A stretch of DNA of 54,938 bases from Candidatus Omnitrophota bacterium (GCA_016930485.1 JAFGGP010000017.1:1-54938); one strand, 5' to 3'; shown: positions 16,425 to 25,908, counted from the stretch's first letter. The notes: generated from the sequence alone by a model not told the origin. A program made the numbers and translations.

Positions 16425-17306
16425 TCATAACTCCTTTTTTTCAAATATGTTATGCTTTTTCCCTTTGGTCGGCGCAAGTTCCTCAGGCACTCTTTGATCC
16501 AGCCCTTCTATGCTCTTCTCATCCTCCTCTTTTTTATCCTGTCGAGGCTCTTGCTGTAACTCGCCCGCTTCTTCTCCGGCACTCTCTATTTCATACGCTT
16601 CTTTGAGTGATGTCTCGGTCTCCTTGAGCGCCTCTTCAAGTTTCTCCGGTTCTTGTTTGTCTACCTCTTTGACGTTCTCTTCTTCCGCATCTTGTTCAGT
16701 CCCCTCTTGCAACTCACCGGCCTCCTCGGCAGTCTCTATGTCATAGGCCTCTTTGAGTGATGTCTCGGTCTCCTTGAGCGCCTCTTCAGGAATAACACTG
16801 ATAAAATATATCTCAGAAATACCGGAGCCTGTGATTCCCGTAACAAGGGTTTCGCTATACACAACATTAACCGGATCACCTATGTTAAGTTTTGTTATAT
16901 CGGACGGTGCCCCTTGTATCAGAATCTGGCTCTTCTCAAGATTAAAAATCGCTGTTATCTCCTCCTTGAAAAGACCGCTGCGGACCGTAATCGCATATGT
17001 CCCGTCATCCTTATGCCGGATAGCAGTAACCTTCCCAATCATCTGAGACATAAGCACCGGGGCAGGAAGAATGGTCTGTGTCGGCATCATAGGTACCGAT
17101 CCCATCGTTGTGGGGATATTCGGGGTCGTACGAGGCTGCATATACTGCTGGGGTAACGGTGGAGATGAAGGCTGCCGTATCTCGGCCGGCGTCTGAGGTA
17201 CAACCACGGTTGACGGGGTCCGCTGTCTGTTGTCCTGCGCAATGCTTTCTCCAACAATGCCCGTTAATAGGTATACACATACACAAAAAATGAACATTTT
17301 TTTCAT
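16425..17306 (-). CDS. Secreted hypothetical protein: Pro-rich linker, OB-fold-like core, acidic repeat tail
   Basis: Signal peptide ending SIA-Q; GGGAG 6 nt before ATG 17306; in operon. Confidence 0.8.
   Translation of the reverse strand: MKKMFIFCVCVYLLTGIVGESIAQDNRQRTPSTVVVPQTPAEIRQPSSPPLPQQYMQPRTTPNIPTTMGSVPMMPTQTILPAPVLMSQMIGKVTAIRHKDDGTYAITVRSGLFKEEITAIFNLEKSQILIQGAPSDITKLNIGDPVNVVYSETLVTGITGSGISEIYFISVIPEEALKETETSLKEAYDIETAEEAGELQEGTEQDAEEENVKEVDKQEPEKLEEALKETETSLKEAYEIESAGEEAGELQQEPRQDKKEEDEKSIEGLDQRVPEELAPTKGKKHNIFEKKEL
16600..16788. repeat. Internal duplication with 150-bp period (39 bp identical)
   Basis: tctttgagtgatgtctcggtctccttgagcgcctcttca at 16600 and 16750; EEALKETETSLKEAY twice. 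Confidence 0.9.
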
Positions 17307-17382
17307 TTTCAACTCCCATGATTGGTTCGCGGGCTACTCGGATTCTACGAGTTCGCGAGTTATTTTTTTCGTCCGTTCTTCT

Positions 17383-17412
17383 AATCGCTATCCGCTAGTC
17401 GCTAAACGCTAT
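17383..17412. repeat. Heptamer-periodic intergenic repeat (annCGCT x4)
   Basis: aatcgct atccgct agtcgct aaacgct. Confidence 0.7.
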
Positions 17413-17415
17413 AGC

Positions 17416-20400
17416 TTATTCTGCTAATTCATACCACCTGCCGGGACCAAGGGGCCCCTTCCCGTGCACCAGATTACGATCTACAAGGTCTTTAAGGTCC
17501 CGTGCAGCAGTAGGTACCGATACCTTAAATATCACTGAATACTGCTTTCTGGTAAGGCGTTTATACACCTTCAGGAATTCCAATGCCTTCTCCTGCCTCT
17601 CATTAAGCAGCCTCTCTTCAGACCCTGGAATAATAAAATCGGGGGGCGGTACCGGAAGCTGGCCGATATCAGGCTGCGGCGGCTCCAGTGCCTCAGTCTT
17701 CTCTTCCGCAGGCTGTTCCCCCACCGCTCCTTCTTCTCTCTGAATGCCCTCTTCCTGCTCCTTCTCAGATGACTGCGGCCCTTCTATTGGAGGCAGACGA
17801 TCTTCTTCCTCGGTGCGTTCCAGGTGCGGCTTTTCTTCAGGCTTCTCTTCTTCCGGTGACTCTGCCTGTCCTTCTTCAGGCTTTTTGTCTTCAAGCCTCT
17901 CTTCCTCCGGTGATTTTCTCCGTTCTTCTTCGGGTCCTTTTTCTTCCACCGGTTCTATCTCTCTTTCTTCCTGGAAGGACTCAAACGGTATCTCCTGCGA
18001 TGTCTCTTTCTCTTCTATCTCGCGAGAAACCTCGGTTGGCTCTGGCGAAAAAGCCCCCTTCTCTTCTTTCTCTGTGTCAGGTTCTTCTTGCACCTTTTCT
18101 TCTTTTTCTTCCCGCGGTCTCTTCTTCTTGCGTGCTATCGGATAGTCGAGTCGATCAAGCCAGGAGAGATCGGCAGGGCCCTTTCTTGTCGGTTCTGACG
18201 GGATATCCTCCTTCTGCTGAACCATTTCGTCTTGATGCGTCTCTTCCTGCCTCTCTATCGTGTCTTCTTTTTTTGTAACCCGCTGAAACCAGGGTCTTTC
18301 TCGCGGCAGCGACTCTTCTATATCATCATCTGAAGGGGAAAGAATATCCCGCATGCCCTTTAAAAAAAGCCCTATCATCTCGGAAAAGGACGAAAGCTGG
18401 CCGACGGCTGACAGCATCCCTCCCGGTGTCCCGGCCGGCTGAAATGCGAGGTCGCCTGCCCTAACGCCCATTCTCTCCCCCGCGCCTCCCCTGACATACT
18501 CAGCCGCGCACTCCCGGTCTTCTTTCTTGGAGGCAATGCCGAAGAAAATAACCGGAATGACTACGAGCGTCAAAAAGGTGGACACGATAAGACCGCCCAT
18601 AACCGTCAATGCCATTGGGGCCATAAGTCCGCCGCTTACTGCCATAGGAATCCATCCAAGCACTGTCGTCAGGGTAGTCATCAAAATAGGGCGTAACCGG
18701 CTCTGGGCTGCCTCCCGCACGGCATCAAAAAGCGTCTGTCCCTCAAGTCGCAGGAGATTAATGGTATCTATCAATACGATACCGTTATTGACCACGATTC
18801 CACCCAGAATAATAATTCCCAAAAGCACCACGGCGCTCATCGGGGTACCGGTCAATAGCAAAGTCCAGGCTATGCCTATCAGGGAAAGGGGTACGGTAAA
18901 CATAATAACAAAAGGTTGCCATAGACTTTCAAACAGTGACGCCATAATCATATAGACCAGCACGATCGCAAAGATCAGGGCAAAACGCAGGCTGCCGAAG
19001 GACTCCTCCATCTGTTGTCTCTCGCCCGTGAGGGAAACAACATAGTCTCCCTGCCGTTCTCCTGCGAGCCATTCCTCCTGAAAGGAGGCAAGGAATACAT
19101 CAACATCCTCCAGAATCTGGCTTAACGGCCGCTGCGTCACGTTGGCACTGATGAAGACAACGCGTTGCTGGTCAATTCTCTTGATCTCGCTGGGGCCTAC
19201 ATCCTTGGTAATGTACGCCACCTCCTTGAGTGGCACCTCAAGATCCAAGGGCGAATGCACCAATAACCCCCGCAACTGCACCAGATCCTTTCTGTCTCTT
19301 TCCTGAAGCCTGACCCGGATATCCGTTTCTTTTCCGCCCTCTTTAAACTTGCTTGCTATCGCCCCTTTCACCGCGATGTGCGTCGTGAGGGCAATCTCAT
19401 TGACCGCGAGCTGATAAAATGAGGCCTTATCCTTGATAACGTTAACCTTGATTTCCGGATGCGGAAGCGATAGGGAGGTCTTGACACCGTAGATCCCCTG
19501 AATCCTCAAAAGGCCCCGCTGGACCTCCTCTGCCCCGCGTTTCAGCTTATCAAGCTCTTTCCCCTTCAATTCAACAACGATCGGGCTGCCCCCCTGAAAG
19601 GCGGATGCGAATAAACTCTCCTGAGCAACATACTCTACCTCCGCCCCCTCAAGGGCCATCTTGTCGGTTTTGGCCTTGACCATCTGTATTAACTGATTGG
19701 TCGATATTGCCCTTTTTCCTTTCAGATTAACGATAATCTGGGCCTGATGCACACCGAGCGTTTCGATAACATCACCCGAGTCACGGCTCTTGGAAGAACC
19801 GATATTAACGGTGACGGACTCTACTGGATCGTACTCGCTTAAAAGCCGCTCGATTGCCTGAGAGACACGGTCTGTCACCTCAAGGCGGGTGCCGGTCGGC
19901 ATATTTACTTTTATAACAAACTGCCCTTCATCGACCTTCGGCATAAATTCCTTATTAATAACGGTGAACAACATCATGCTGACCACAAAGAGGATAGACA
20001 CTGACGACAGTATGAGAAAGCGCTTATTAAGGAGGCTGCCAATAACATCGGCATACATTTTTTCTATCTTGATGAAGGGGTGCGGTTTCTCTTCCTTTTT
20101 TTTCTGTGTCGCCTCTACTGCAATGGGAGCTCCGTCCTTCTGGCCGAGTGTCCGGGCCGCATCGCCTGCCACAAGACGCGGTATCAGGGAAAGGGCAACG
20201 AACACAGAGGCAGACAGGGAGAAAATAACGGTCCAGGCAAGCTCTTTAAATAACTGGCCCGCTACCCCGATAGAATACAGTATCATCGGTGCAAACACAC
20301 ATATTGTAGTAAGCGTGGACGCCCACACCGCGTTATTCATTTCGTTCGCTCCGTCGCGGGCGGCATCGACAATCCCTTTCCCTTCTTCCTGCAACCGGAA

Positions 20401-21702
20401 GATATTCTCCATGACCACAATGCTGTTATCAACCAGCATTCCTATGCCAAGCGCAAGCCCCATCAGGCTCATCATATTTATCGTGATACCGATAAAGTAC
20501 ATCAGGCTGAACGTAGCCAGAATCGAGATCGGTATCGAAGTGGCAACAATAAGCGAATTTTTTATGTCGCGGAGAAAAAAAAGCAGGACCAAAAATACAA
20601 GGACGCCTCCGATCAGAGCGGAATCCCTTACCTCATTGATTGATTTTTTGATGAACGCTGACTGGTCGTAGACAATGGCTATGTCCACATCCTGCGGAAG
20701 ATCTATCCTAAGCTGCTCGAGCCGTTTTTGAACAGCATTCGAAACGCTGATGGTATTGGCGCCGGCCTGCTTTAACACCGAAAGTGAGATATTTTCAATC
20801 CCGTTATAGCGTGATACACTCGTTTTTTCCCGGTATGTTTCTTTTACATCGCCGAGGTCGCCAAGGGCAATAAATCGTGAGGTGGTCTCAGACTCCTCTT
20901 TTTTGCCCCTAAGCATGCTTTTCCTTTCGTCCTCCGCCTCCCCGGTCTTCCGGCTCAGTTCTTCTACCCGAACCACCATTTTTTTCAGATCGCCCACTGT
21001 TTTAAACTCGCCCATCGTCCTGATGAGATATTCATAAAAACTCTCCTCAATGGTCCCGGCAGGATAATTTAAGTTTGACTTGCCGACTGCTTCATTAATC
21101 CGCGAAATCGGCACGTTATGTGCCTGAAGCCTGGCCTGATCGAGTTCGATCAGGATCTCGCGGTCGACGCCGCCGCTCAGACTTGCCGAGGCAACGCCCT
21201 CCACCTTCTCCAATTCATCCTTAATGCGCTTACGGACAAACTCTTTCAAATCCGCCGGGTGTCTCTCACCGGTAATACTTAACACCATGATCGGCAGCTC
21301 AAAGGGATTAAACTTCATCACGATGGGGTCGCTCGCCTCATTCGGCAGGCGCTCTTTTACCAGATCGATCTTTTCACGGACCGCAAGCGCGGCAAAATCC
21401 ATATTGGTGCCCCAGCCAAACTCGGCAACCACCAATGAGGTCCCCTCGCGTGACGTTGAACTTACCCGCTTCACCTTGCTGACGGTGCCGACACCTTCCT
21501 CGATAACCTTGGTAATGAGGGTTTCCACTTCTTCTGGGGCCGCGTTTTCGTAATTGGTGACGATGGAAAGTTGGGGATAGTTGAGGGCAGGAAATAATTC
21601 TTGAGGTAATTTACCGAGGGAAATAATACCCAGCAGCATTATCCCTATAAAAACCATGGTGATGGTAACAGGCCGCTGTACCGCTAGACTTGGCAAACTC
21701 AT
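17416..21702 (-). CDS. RND transporter (AcrB/SwrC-like) fused to an acidic tail of about 300 aa and a C-terminal winged helix-turn-helix
   Basis: RND motifs (GMLVDNSIVV, RLRPILMTT) over about 1055 aa; E/K/P-rich tail; terminal LNERQEKALEFLKVYKRLTRKQYSVIFKVSVPTAARDLKDLVDRNLVHGKGPLGPGRWYEL. Confidence 0.93.
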   Translation of the reverse strand: MSLPSLAVQRPVTITMVFIGIMLLGIISLGKLPQELFPALNYPQLSIVTNYENAAPEEVETLITKVIEEGVGTVSKVKRVSSTSREGTSLVVAEFGWGTNMDFAALAVREKIDLVKERLPNEASDPIVMKFNPFELPIMVLSITGERHPADLKEFVRKRIKDELEKVEGVASASLSGGVDREILIELDQARLQAHNVPISRINEAVGKSNLNYPAGTIEESFYEYLIRTMGEFKTVGDLKKMVVRVEELSRKTGEAEDERKSMLRGKKEESETTSRFIALGDLGDVKETYREKTSVSRYNGIENISLSVLKQAGANTISVSNAVQKRLEQLRIDLPQDVDIAIVYDQSAFIKKSINEVRDSALIGGVLVFLVLLFFLRDIKNSLIVATSIPISILATFSLMYFIGITINMMSLMGLALGIGMLVDNSIVVMENIFRLQEEGKGIVDAARDGANEMNNAVWASTLTTICVFAPMILYSIGVAGQLFKELAWTVIFSLSASVFVALSLIPRLVAGDAARTLGQKDGAPIAVEATQKKKEEKPHPFIKIEKMYADVIGSLLNKRFLILSSVSILFVVSMMLFTVINKEFMPKVDEGQFVIKVNMPTGTRLEVTDRVSQAIERLLSEYDPVESVTVNIGSSKSRDSGDVIETLGVHQAQIIVNLKGKRAISTNQLIQMVKAKTDKMALEGAEVEYVAQESLFASAFQGGSPIVVELKGKELDKLKRGAEEVQRGLLRIQGIYGVKTSLSLPHPEIKVNVIKDKASFYQLAVNEIALTTHIAVKGAIASKFKEGGKETDIRVRLQERDRKDLVQLRGLLVHSPLDLEVPLKEVAYITKDVGPSEIKRIDQQRVVFISANVTQRPLSQILEDVDVFLASFQEEWLAGERQGDYVVSLTGERQQMEESFGSLRFALIFAIVLVYMIMASLFESLWQPFVIMFTVPLSLIGIAWTLLLTGTPMSAVVLLGIIILGGIVVNNGIVLIDTINLLRLEGQTLFDAVREAAQSRLRPILMTTLTTVLGWIPMAVSGGLMAPMALTVMGGLIVSTFLTLVVIPVIFFGIASKKEDRECAAEYVRGGAGERMGVRAGDLAFQPAGTPGGMLSAVGQLSSFSEMIGLFLKGMRDILSPSDDDIEESLPRERPWFQRVTKKEDTIERQEETHQDEMVQQKEDIPSEPTRKGPADLSWLDRLDYPIARKKKRPREEKEEKVQEEPDTEKEEKGAFSPEPTEVSREIEEKETSQEIPFESFQEEREIEPVEEKGPEEERRKSPEEERLEDKKPEEGQAESPEEEKPEEKPHLERTEEEDRLPPIEGPQSSEKEQEEGIQREEGAVGEQPAEEKTEALEPPQPDIGQLPVPPPDFIIPGSEERLLNERQEKALEFLKVYKRLTRKQYSVIFKVSVPTAARDLKDLVDRNLVHGKGPLGPGRWYELAE

Positions 21703-21774
21703 ACGTTAAATACTTCACCCCCTTATACCACAACACTATGTGTCTCTTTACCAAGGTACACTCACGTTTATAGG

Positions 21775-22989
21775 TTAAATATCACTTTCTTTGATCTCGG
21801 TAATCTCAACCTCGCGTCCGTCTTTGAGTGTCTCGTGGGTCTCCACAACAACAAGCTCGCCTTCCTCTAACCCTGACTCAATCTGCGCGTAATCGGTGGT
21901 TACGTAACCGATCTGTATCTGCCGCTGTTTTGCCACCTTCTCGTCCTCCACAACAAAAACGCTGTATCCTTCCTCGGTCTTTTCGAGTGCCATGCTCGGC
22001 ATAACCAGTGCGTCTTCCATCTCGAAGATACGCACCATACACCTGGCAAACATGCCGGGAAGCAGTTGATTATCGGGATTTTCTATTTTTACCTTGACCG
22101 TCAGCGTCCTGGTTTTTCCTTCCAGGGCAGGGGTAATATTATCAACAAGGCCGGTAAATTTCTTTCCTGGATAGGCATCAACCTCAACCTCAACCTCCTG
22201 ATCAAAGGCGATCTTCTCGATATCCTTCTCGATCACCCCCAGCACGGCGTAGACCTCAAATATCTCGGTCAACTCAACGGTATCATTCTGAGGTGTGACA
22301 AACTCCCCGGGCTCAATTTTTTTAGAGGTGATAACACCAGCGGATGGGGCATGCAGTTTTGTCTTGGTAAGGTCGGATTCGGCGCTCTCCAGTTCTACCT
22401 GGGTAGCAGCAAGCTGTTTTTCGGCAACCTGGGCCTCTATCTCTACCTCCTTCACCTTGGCCTCGACGATCGCCCCCATTTCGTACAGTTGTCTGTGTAT
22501 CGCCAGCTTCTGCAGGGCCCCCTGATGAGATACCTCTGCGGATGCAACCTTGGAAGCAGCGTATTTGACTTTCAGCCGAGCATCCTTATCATCCAGCTCT
22601 CCGACAAGATCCCCTTTACTTACCAAATCGCCCTCTCGCACATAGAGCTGCGTCAAGACGCCGGAGATCTCGAACTTCAGCGGAATGGTAGATATGCCTT
22701 CGATAGTGCCCATAACAGGCAGATTATCCTCGAAATAGGTCCTTGCCACCCGGAATACCTTAACCGGTGCCGGCTTCTCTTCCTGCTGGGCCTCTTCTTC
22801 CTCTACCATGGTCTCTTGTTTTGTCCCGGTCCGTAACAGCGCGCTGATCTTGGCGCCGCCCGGCAGCTGTTCCAAAGGAATCTTATCTAAAATAGCCTCT
22901 CTCCCTACATAGATGATTACCATCGCGATAAAAAGTAAAAGTGAAATACTGAATATTCTCTTTCCAAATCTTGACCAACGGATCTTCAT
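21775..22989 (-). CDS. RND periplasmic adaptor (membrane fusion protein)
   Basis: N-terminal TM; lipoyl-like halves (VREGDLVSKGD, LHAPSAGVI); LLPGMFAR; start reassigned to MKIRWS. Confidence 0.93.
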   Translation of the reverse strand: MKIRWSRFGKRIFSISLLLFIAMVIIYVGREAILDKIPLEQLPGGAKISALLRTGTKQETMVEEEEAQQEEKPAPVKVFRVARTYFEDNLPVMGTIEGISTIPLKFEISGVLTQLYVREGDLVSKGDLVGELDDKDARLKVKYAASKVASAEVSHQGALQKLAIHRQLYEMGAIVEAKVKEVEIEAQVAEKQLAATQVELESAESDLTKTKLHAPSAGVITSKKIEPGEFVTPQNDTVELTEIFEVYAVLGVIEKDIEKIAFDQEVEVEVDAYPGKKFTGLVDNITPALEGKTRTLTVKVKIENPDNQLLPGMFARCMVRIFEMEDALVMPSMALEKTEEGYSVFVVEDEKVAKQRQIQIGYVTTDYAQIESGLEEGELVVVETHETLKDGREVEITEIKESDI

Positions 22990-23105
22990 GGTGTCTCTCC
23001 AGAAAAAGTCTCGTTGTAGATAACAATTTCCCGCCCTCGAAACCGCACCGATGGACTCGCGCAGGGGGGGCAATGGAGTCGTTGAGCCCTGTCAACGCCC
23101 CTTAT

Positions 23106-25226
23106 CTATTTTTCGCCTCTGTCAAAGTACCCGGTAATACCTACCACCTTGTTCAGTTCCGAAATCGCCGTATGGTGATCTGCCAACGCCTGATAATAAC
23201 TTGCGTTATTGTCCGCAAGCTCCAGCTCTGCCTTGAGGAGTTCGGTAATGGCGACTTCGTTTAGCTCCGTCATTGCCTGGTTTACCTTGACCTGTTCTTT
23301 GCTTAGCTCCAGCTTATTTTTTTCGTCCTTTAACGTCAGGAGCGATTTCTTGTATTTAAAGTAACTGTCCTTTACCTCGAAGTTAATGGTGAGTTCGGTC
23401 TTGTTGAGCTGCTCGAGCGCCTTATCATATTCAATAACAGCCGCTTTTTTATCGCTGTCGATCTTCATTGCCTCCGGGTCATACAGAGACATCTCGAGCG
23501 TATTCGTCTGGAATACGGTGCTGTCGGTCTGCCCTGCCTGAGGCACCCTGTCCTGGGCAAGCATCGAGTCTTTAAATGTGTGCTTTGACCATGGATACTT
23601 TACCTCAAGCCCCACAAACCACTCTTCGGTAAACTCCTTGGGTTCGGTTTCATAGGCCTCTGCACCCCAGCCGGCAAGACCGCTGAGACTGACCTGAGGC
23701 CTGCCGCGGGACTTGGCTATCCGTATCCCGTATGCGTTAAACTTAAGTAACAGTTCATTAATAGCAAGATCCGGCCTGTTGTTCCGGGCAAGCTCAAGGC
23801 ACTCATCTACCGTTTTACCGATCTCTATCTCATCCTCTACGGGCGTTGGATCGATAGCGATAAGTGCTTCATCACCCTTAATATTCAAATTATTCTGCAG
23901 GGTAAGCTGGGCCAGGGTAAGCTCGTTCTTGTTCTGTTCGCGCTTAAACTCAAGCTGATTCACCATTGACTGGGTTGTAAGCAATTCGAGCCTCCTGCTC
24001 AGGCCTGCCTCATACCGCTTCTCCACAATCTCCGAGATTCGGGCAGATTCATCAACCAACTCCTCATAAAGGTCCTCTTTTTTCACGCTGCCCGCCAGTG
24101 TATAGAAGGCCTTCTCCACCTCAAAGGTAAGGTCTTGTTTAATCTTTTCATACTTGGCCGCCGCCACTTCTACATTGACAACAGACTGCCGGTAGGAGTT
24201 CCTGATTTCGCCGCCCCTGTATAGAGGCTGTTGAAATTCGAACATATAACGCGTACCAAGAGAATCGACCATCCCCCCGCTCACCTCGCTTACCGATTCC
24301 TGCCACTTTAGGGTAGCCGTGGGGTACTTTGCGCGCTTTGCCTGATCTACCTTTAGCTGGGCCAATTCAACCTCTTTAAGGGCGATGCGGCATGGAGCAT
24401 GGTTTTCAAGACCTATGGTAATACACTCTTCGAGGGTAAGCGTCCGGCCGGCAAGATCCTCGGTTGTCTGAGGAATCTGGGCCCTCTTCACTGCGGATGG
24501 CCTGTTCGCATGAGAAGGCATGTATGGAGCCTTGGGAGGCTCAGGCGGTCTGGTGTGTTGTCTATAGGCTTCCGGGGGGCGTTTTGGGCTGACCATTCCC
24601 TGGGGTGCCTGAGGTAAACGATATGACGGGAGCTCACTCGCCATAGATTTCCTGGGGTAGGCCTCTGGGGTTTGTTTTTGCTGGGGAAGGGGACCGCTTT
24701 GACAGGTGTTTCCTGATGATGTACTTCTATAACTATCTGAAATTGAACAGGTTAAATTTTGATACGGTTTATGATACGGTTCATTCTTTGCTAGTTTCTT
24801 GGTTAATTGCGAAGATGCGGTAACATCGACTACTATCTGGTAAGTTGAGGAATTGACTGTGTACTGGGGATTGCCGTCAAAGATTACTGTTAACTGGTCT
24901 ATCTTGCTGCCGGCAGACGGAATGCCATTGGCGTAGAACGAAGGAATAACCTCTTTGACTCCTGCGATGTTAACCGGGATAGCACGTCTGTCAAGGTCAG
25001 TATAGATATTATCCCCGATAAGATCTATTACCAGGCGTTGAGGGTTTTCAAGTTTGAAATCAATAAACTCTAACGGGTGGCTCGATGGAATGATTAATTG
25101 AACCCCACTGTCTACCCTCTTGACGTGAACTCCGTATATCCTGACCACCCCTTCTCCATAAGCAGGATAAAAATAGGTAGTTACAAGAAAAAAACAGGTT
25201 GTTAAAATGCTATAAAGTCTTCTCAT
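23106..25226 (-). CDS. TolC-family outer membrane protein with N-terminal AMIN domain and Pro-rich linker
   Basis: Signal peptide; FKLENPQRLVIDL (AMIN signature); from LTLEECITIGLENH onward, two OEP-like helical repeats (QQPLYRGG, RRLELL, RPDL). Confidence 0.88.
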   Translation of the reverse strand: MRRLYSILTTCFFLVTTYFYPAYGEGVVRIYGVHVKRVDSGVQLIIPSSHPLEFIDFKLENPQRLVIDLIGDNIYTDLDRRAIPVNIAGVKEVIPSFYANGIPSAGSKIDQLTVIFDGNPQYTVNSSTYQIVVDVTASSQLTKKLAKNEPYHKPYQNLTCSISDSYRSTSSGNTCQSGPLPQQKQTPEAYPRKSMASELPSYRLPQAPQGMVSPKRPPEAYRQHTRPPEPPKAPYMPSHANRPSAVKRAQIPQTTEDLAGRTLTLEECITIGLENHAPCRIALKEVELAQLKVDQAKRAKYPTATLKWQESVSEVSGGMVDSLGTRYMFEFQQPLYRGGEIRNSYRQSVVNVEVAAAKYEKIKQDLTFEVEKAFYTLAGSVKKEDLYEELVDESARISEIVEKRYEAGLSRRLELLTTQSMVNQLEFKREQNKNELTLAQLTLQNNLNIKGDEALIAIDPTPVEDEIEIGKTVDECLELARNNRPDLAINELLLKFNAYGIRIAKSRGRPQVSLSGLAGWGAEAYETEPKEFTEEWFVGLEVKYPWSKHTFKDSMLAQDRVPQAGQTDSTVFQTNTLEMSLYDPEAMKIDSDKKAAVIEYDKALEQLNKTELTINFEVKDSYFKYKKSLLTLKDEKNKLELSKEQVKVNQAMTELNEVAITELLKAELELADNNASYYQALADHHTAISELNKVVGITGYFDRGEK
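24760..24781. promoter_or_regulatory. Tandem TGATACGGTT direct repeat inside the tolC-like gene
   Basis: TGATACGGTT-TA-TGATACGGTT, located in the inter-domain linker. Confidence 0.5.
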
Positions 25227-25268
25227 AATATTAAATTTGCTTAAACCTGTTCGAAATTGACAAAAAGA

Positions 25269-25297
25269 AGTGTATCACAAATATAGATTGACGTCAA
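25269..25297 (-). promoter_or_regulatory. sigma70 promoter of the export operon
   Basis: TTGACG-17 bp-TACACT with TG extension; the -35 lies in the palindrome TTGACGTCAA (25288-25297). Confidence 0.7.
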
Positions 25298-25315
25298 GAA
25301 ATATATGCAAAAAAA

Positions 25316-25337
25316 TGATACGGTTTCTGATACGCTT
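25316..25337. promoter_or_regulatory. Tandem TGATACG(G/C)TT direct repeat upstream of the export-operon -35
   Basis: TGATACGGTT-TC-TGATACGCTT, 19-40 bp upstream of the -35. Confidence 0.6.
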
Positions 25338-25406
25338 TTTTGATAAAAAAATTGATTATTTATCAATATGGCATCTCTTTTAACTATACTGTGTTCCTAG
25401 AGAGAG

Positions 25407-25440
25407 AAAAAAAGGGCGCCTTTTTTACCTAAAGGCGCCC
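25407..25440 (-). terminator. Intrinsic terminator
   Basis: GGGCGCCTTT/AAAGGCGCCC stem with a U-run on the minus strand. Confidence 0.8.
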
Positions 25441-25474
25441 CTACCTTCTGTTGGTAAAACCTATAAAAAACGCT

Positions 25475-25732
25475 CTAGAGAGAGCTGATGCCTTTTCCCT
25501 TCTCAGCCAGGCTTAAGATAACCGTAATCAGACAAGAAATAGTCATAAGCCACAAAAACTGAAACAGGCCGATGATTACCCAGCCAATGGCTGCTATTCT
25601 CGGCACATCCGGTGTACCTCCGGTAATTAGGATGGCAATCGGAACAATAATGCCGACTACCGCACCGACAACCCATGCTAAGACCTTAAAAATCTTGGCG
25701 GCCAGCGCTAAAAATTTAACGTTCTTTTCCAT
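25475..25732 (-). CDS. Small two-TM membrane protein
   Basis: AGGAGGAGG RBS; two hydrophobic helices. Confidence 0.8.
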   Translation of the reverse strand: MEKNVKFLALAAKIFKVLAWVVGAVVGIIVPIAILITGGTPDVPRIAAIGWVIIGLFQFLWLMTISCLITVILSLAEKGKGISSL

Positions 25733-25774
25733 GTCCCTCCCTCCTTTCTCTGCAGGTTTGCTATTATATAACCC

Positions 25775-25852
25775 TGGTAGCGCTAACGGGATTCGAACCC
25801 GTGTCTTCGGAATGAGAGTCCGATATCCTAGGCCGGGCTAGACGATAGCGCC
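25775..25852 (-). tRNA. tRNA-Glu(CTC)
   Basis: GGCGCTA...TCGGA-CTCTCAT-TCCGA...GGTTCGAATCC...TAGCGCTACCA. Confidence 0.97.
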
Positions 25853-25880
25853 GTGCGTTCTGCGCAATACATTTGAAACT

Positions 25881-25908
25881 ATTATATAAATTAAACCTTA
25901 TAAGTCAA
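25881..25908 (-). promoter_or_regulatory. Promoter of tRNA-Glu
   Basis: TTGACT-16 bp-TATAAT. Confidence 0.75.

Noticed and set aside
17688-20671. Plus-strand ORFs of 133-260 aa
   Set aside because: Antisense to the RND gene.
22990-23073. Longer N-terminal extensions in the ORF track (also 36782, 41169, 45312, 47540, 51393, 52728)
   Set aside because: Downstream starts fit better on RBS and/or family N-terminus, and several extensions overlap neighbouring genes.
12739-25226. Classical type I secretion system
   Set aside because: There is no ABC ATPase, both inner-membrane components are RND, and the giant protein has a Sec signal.
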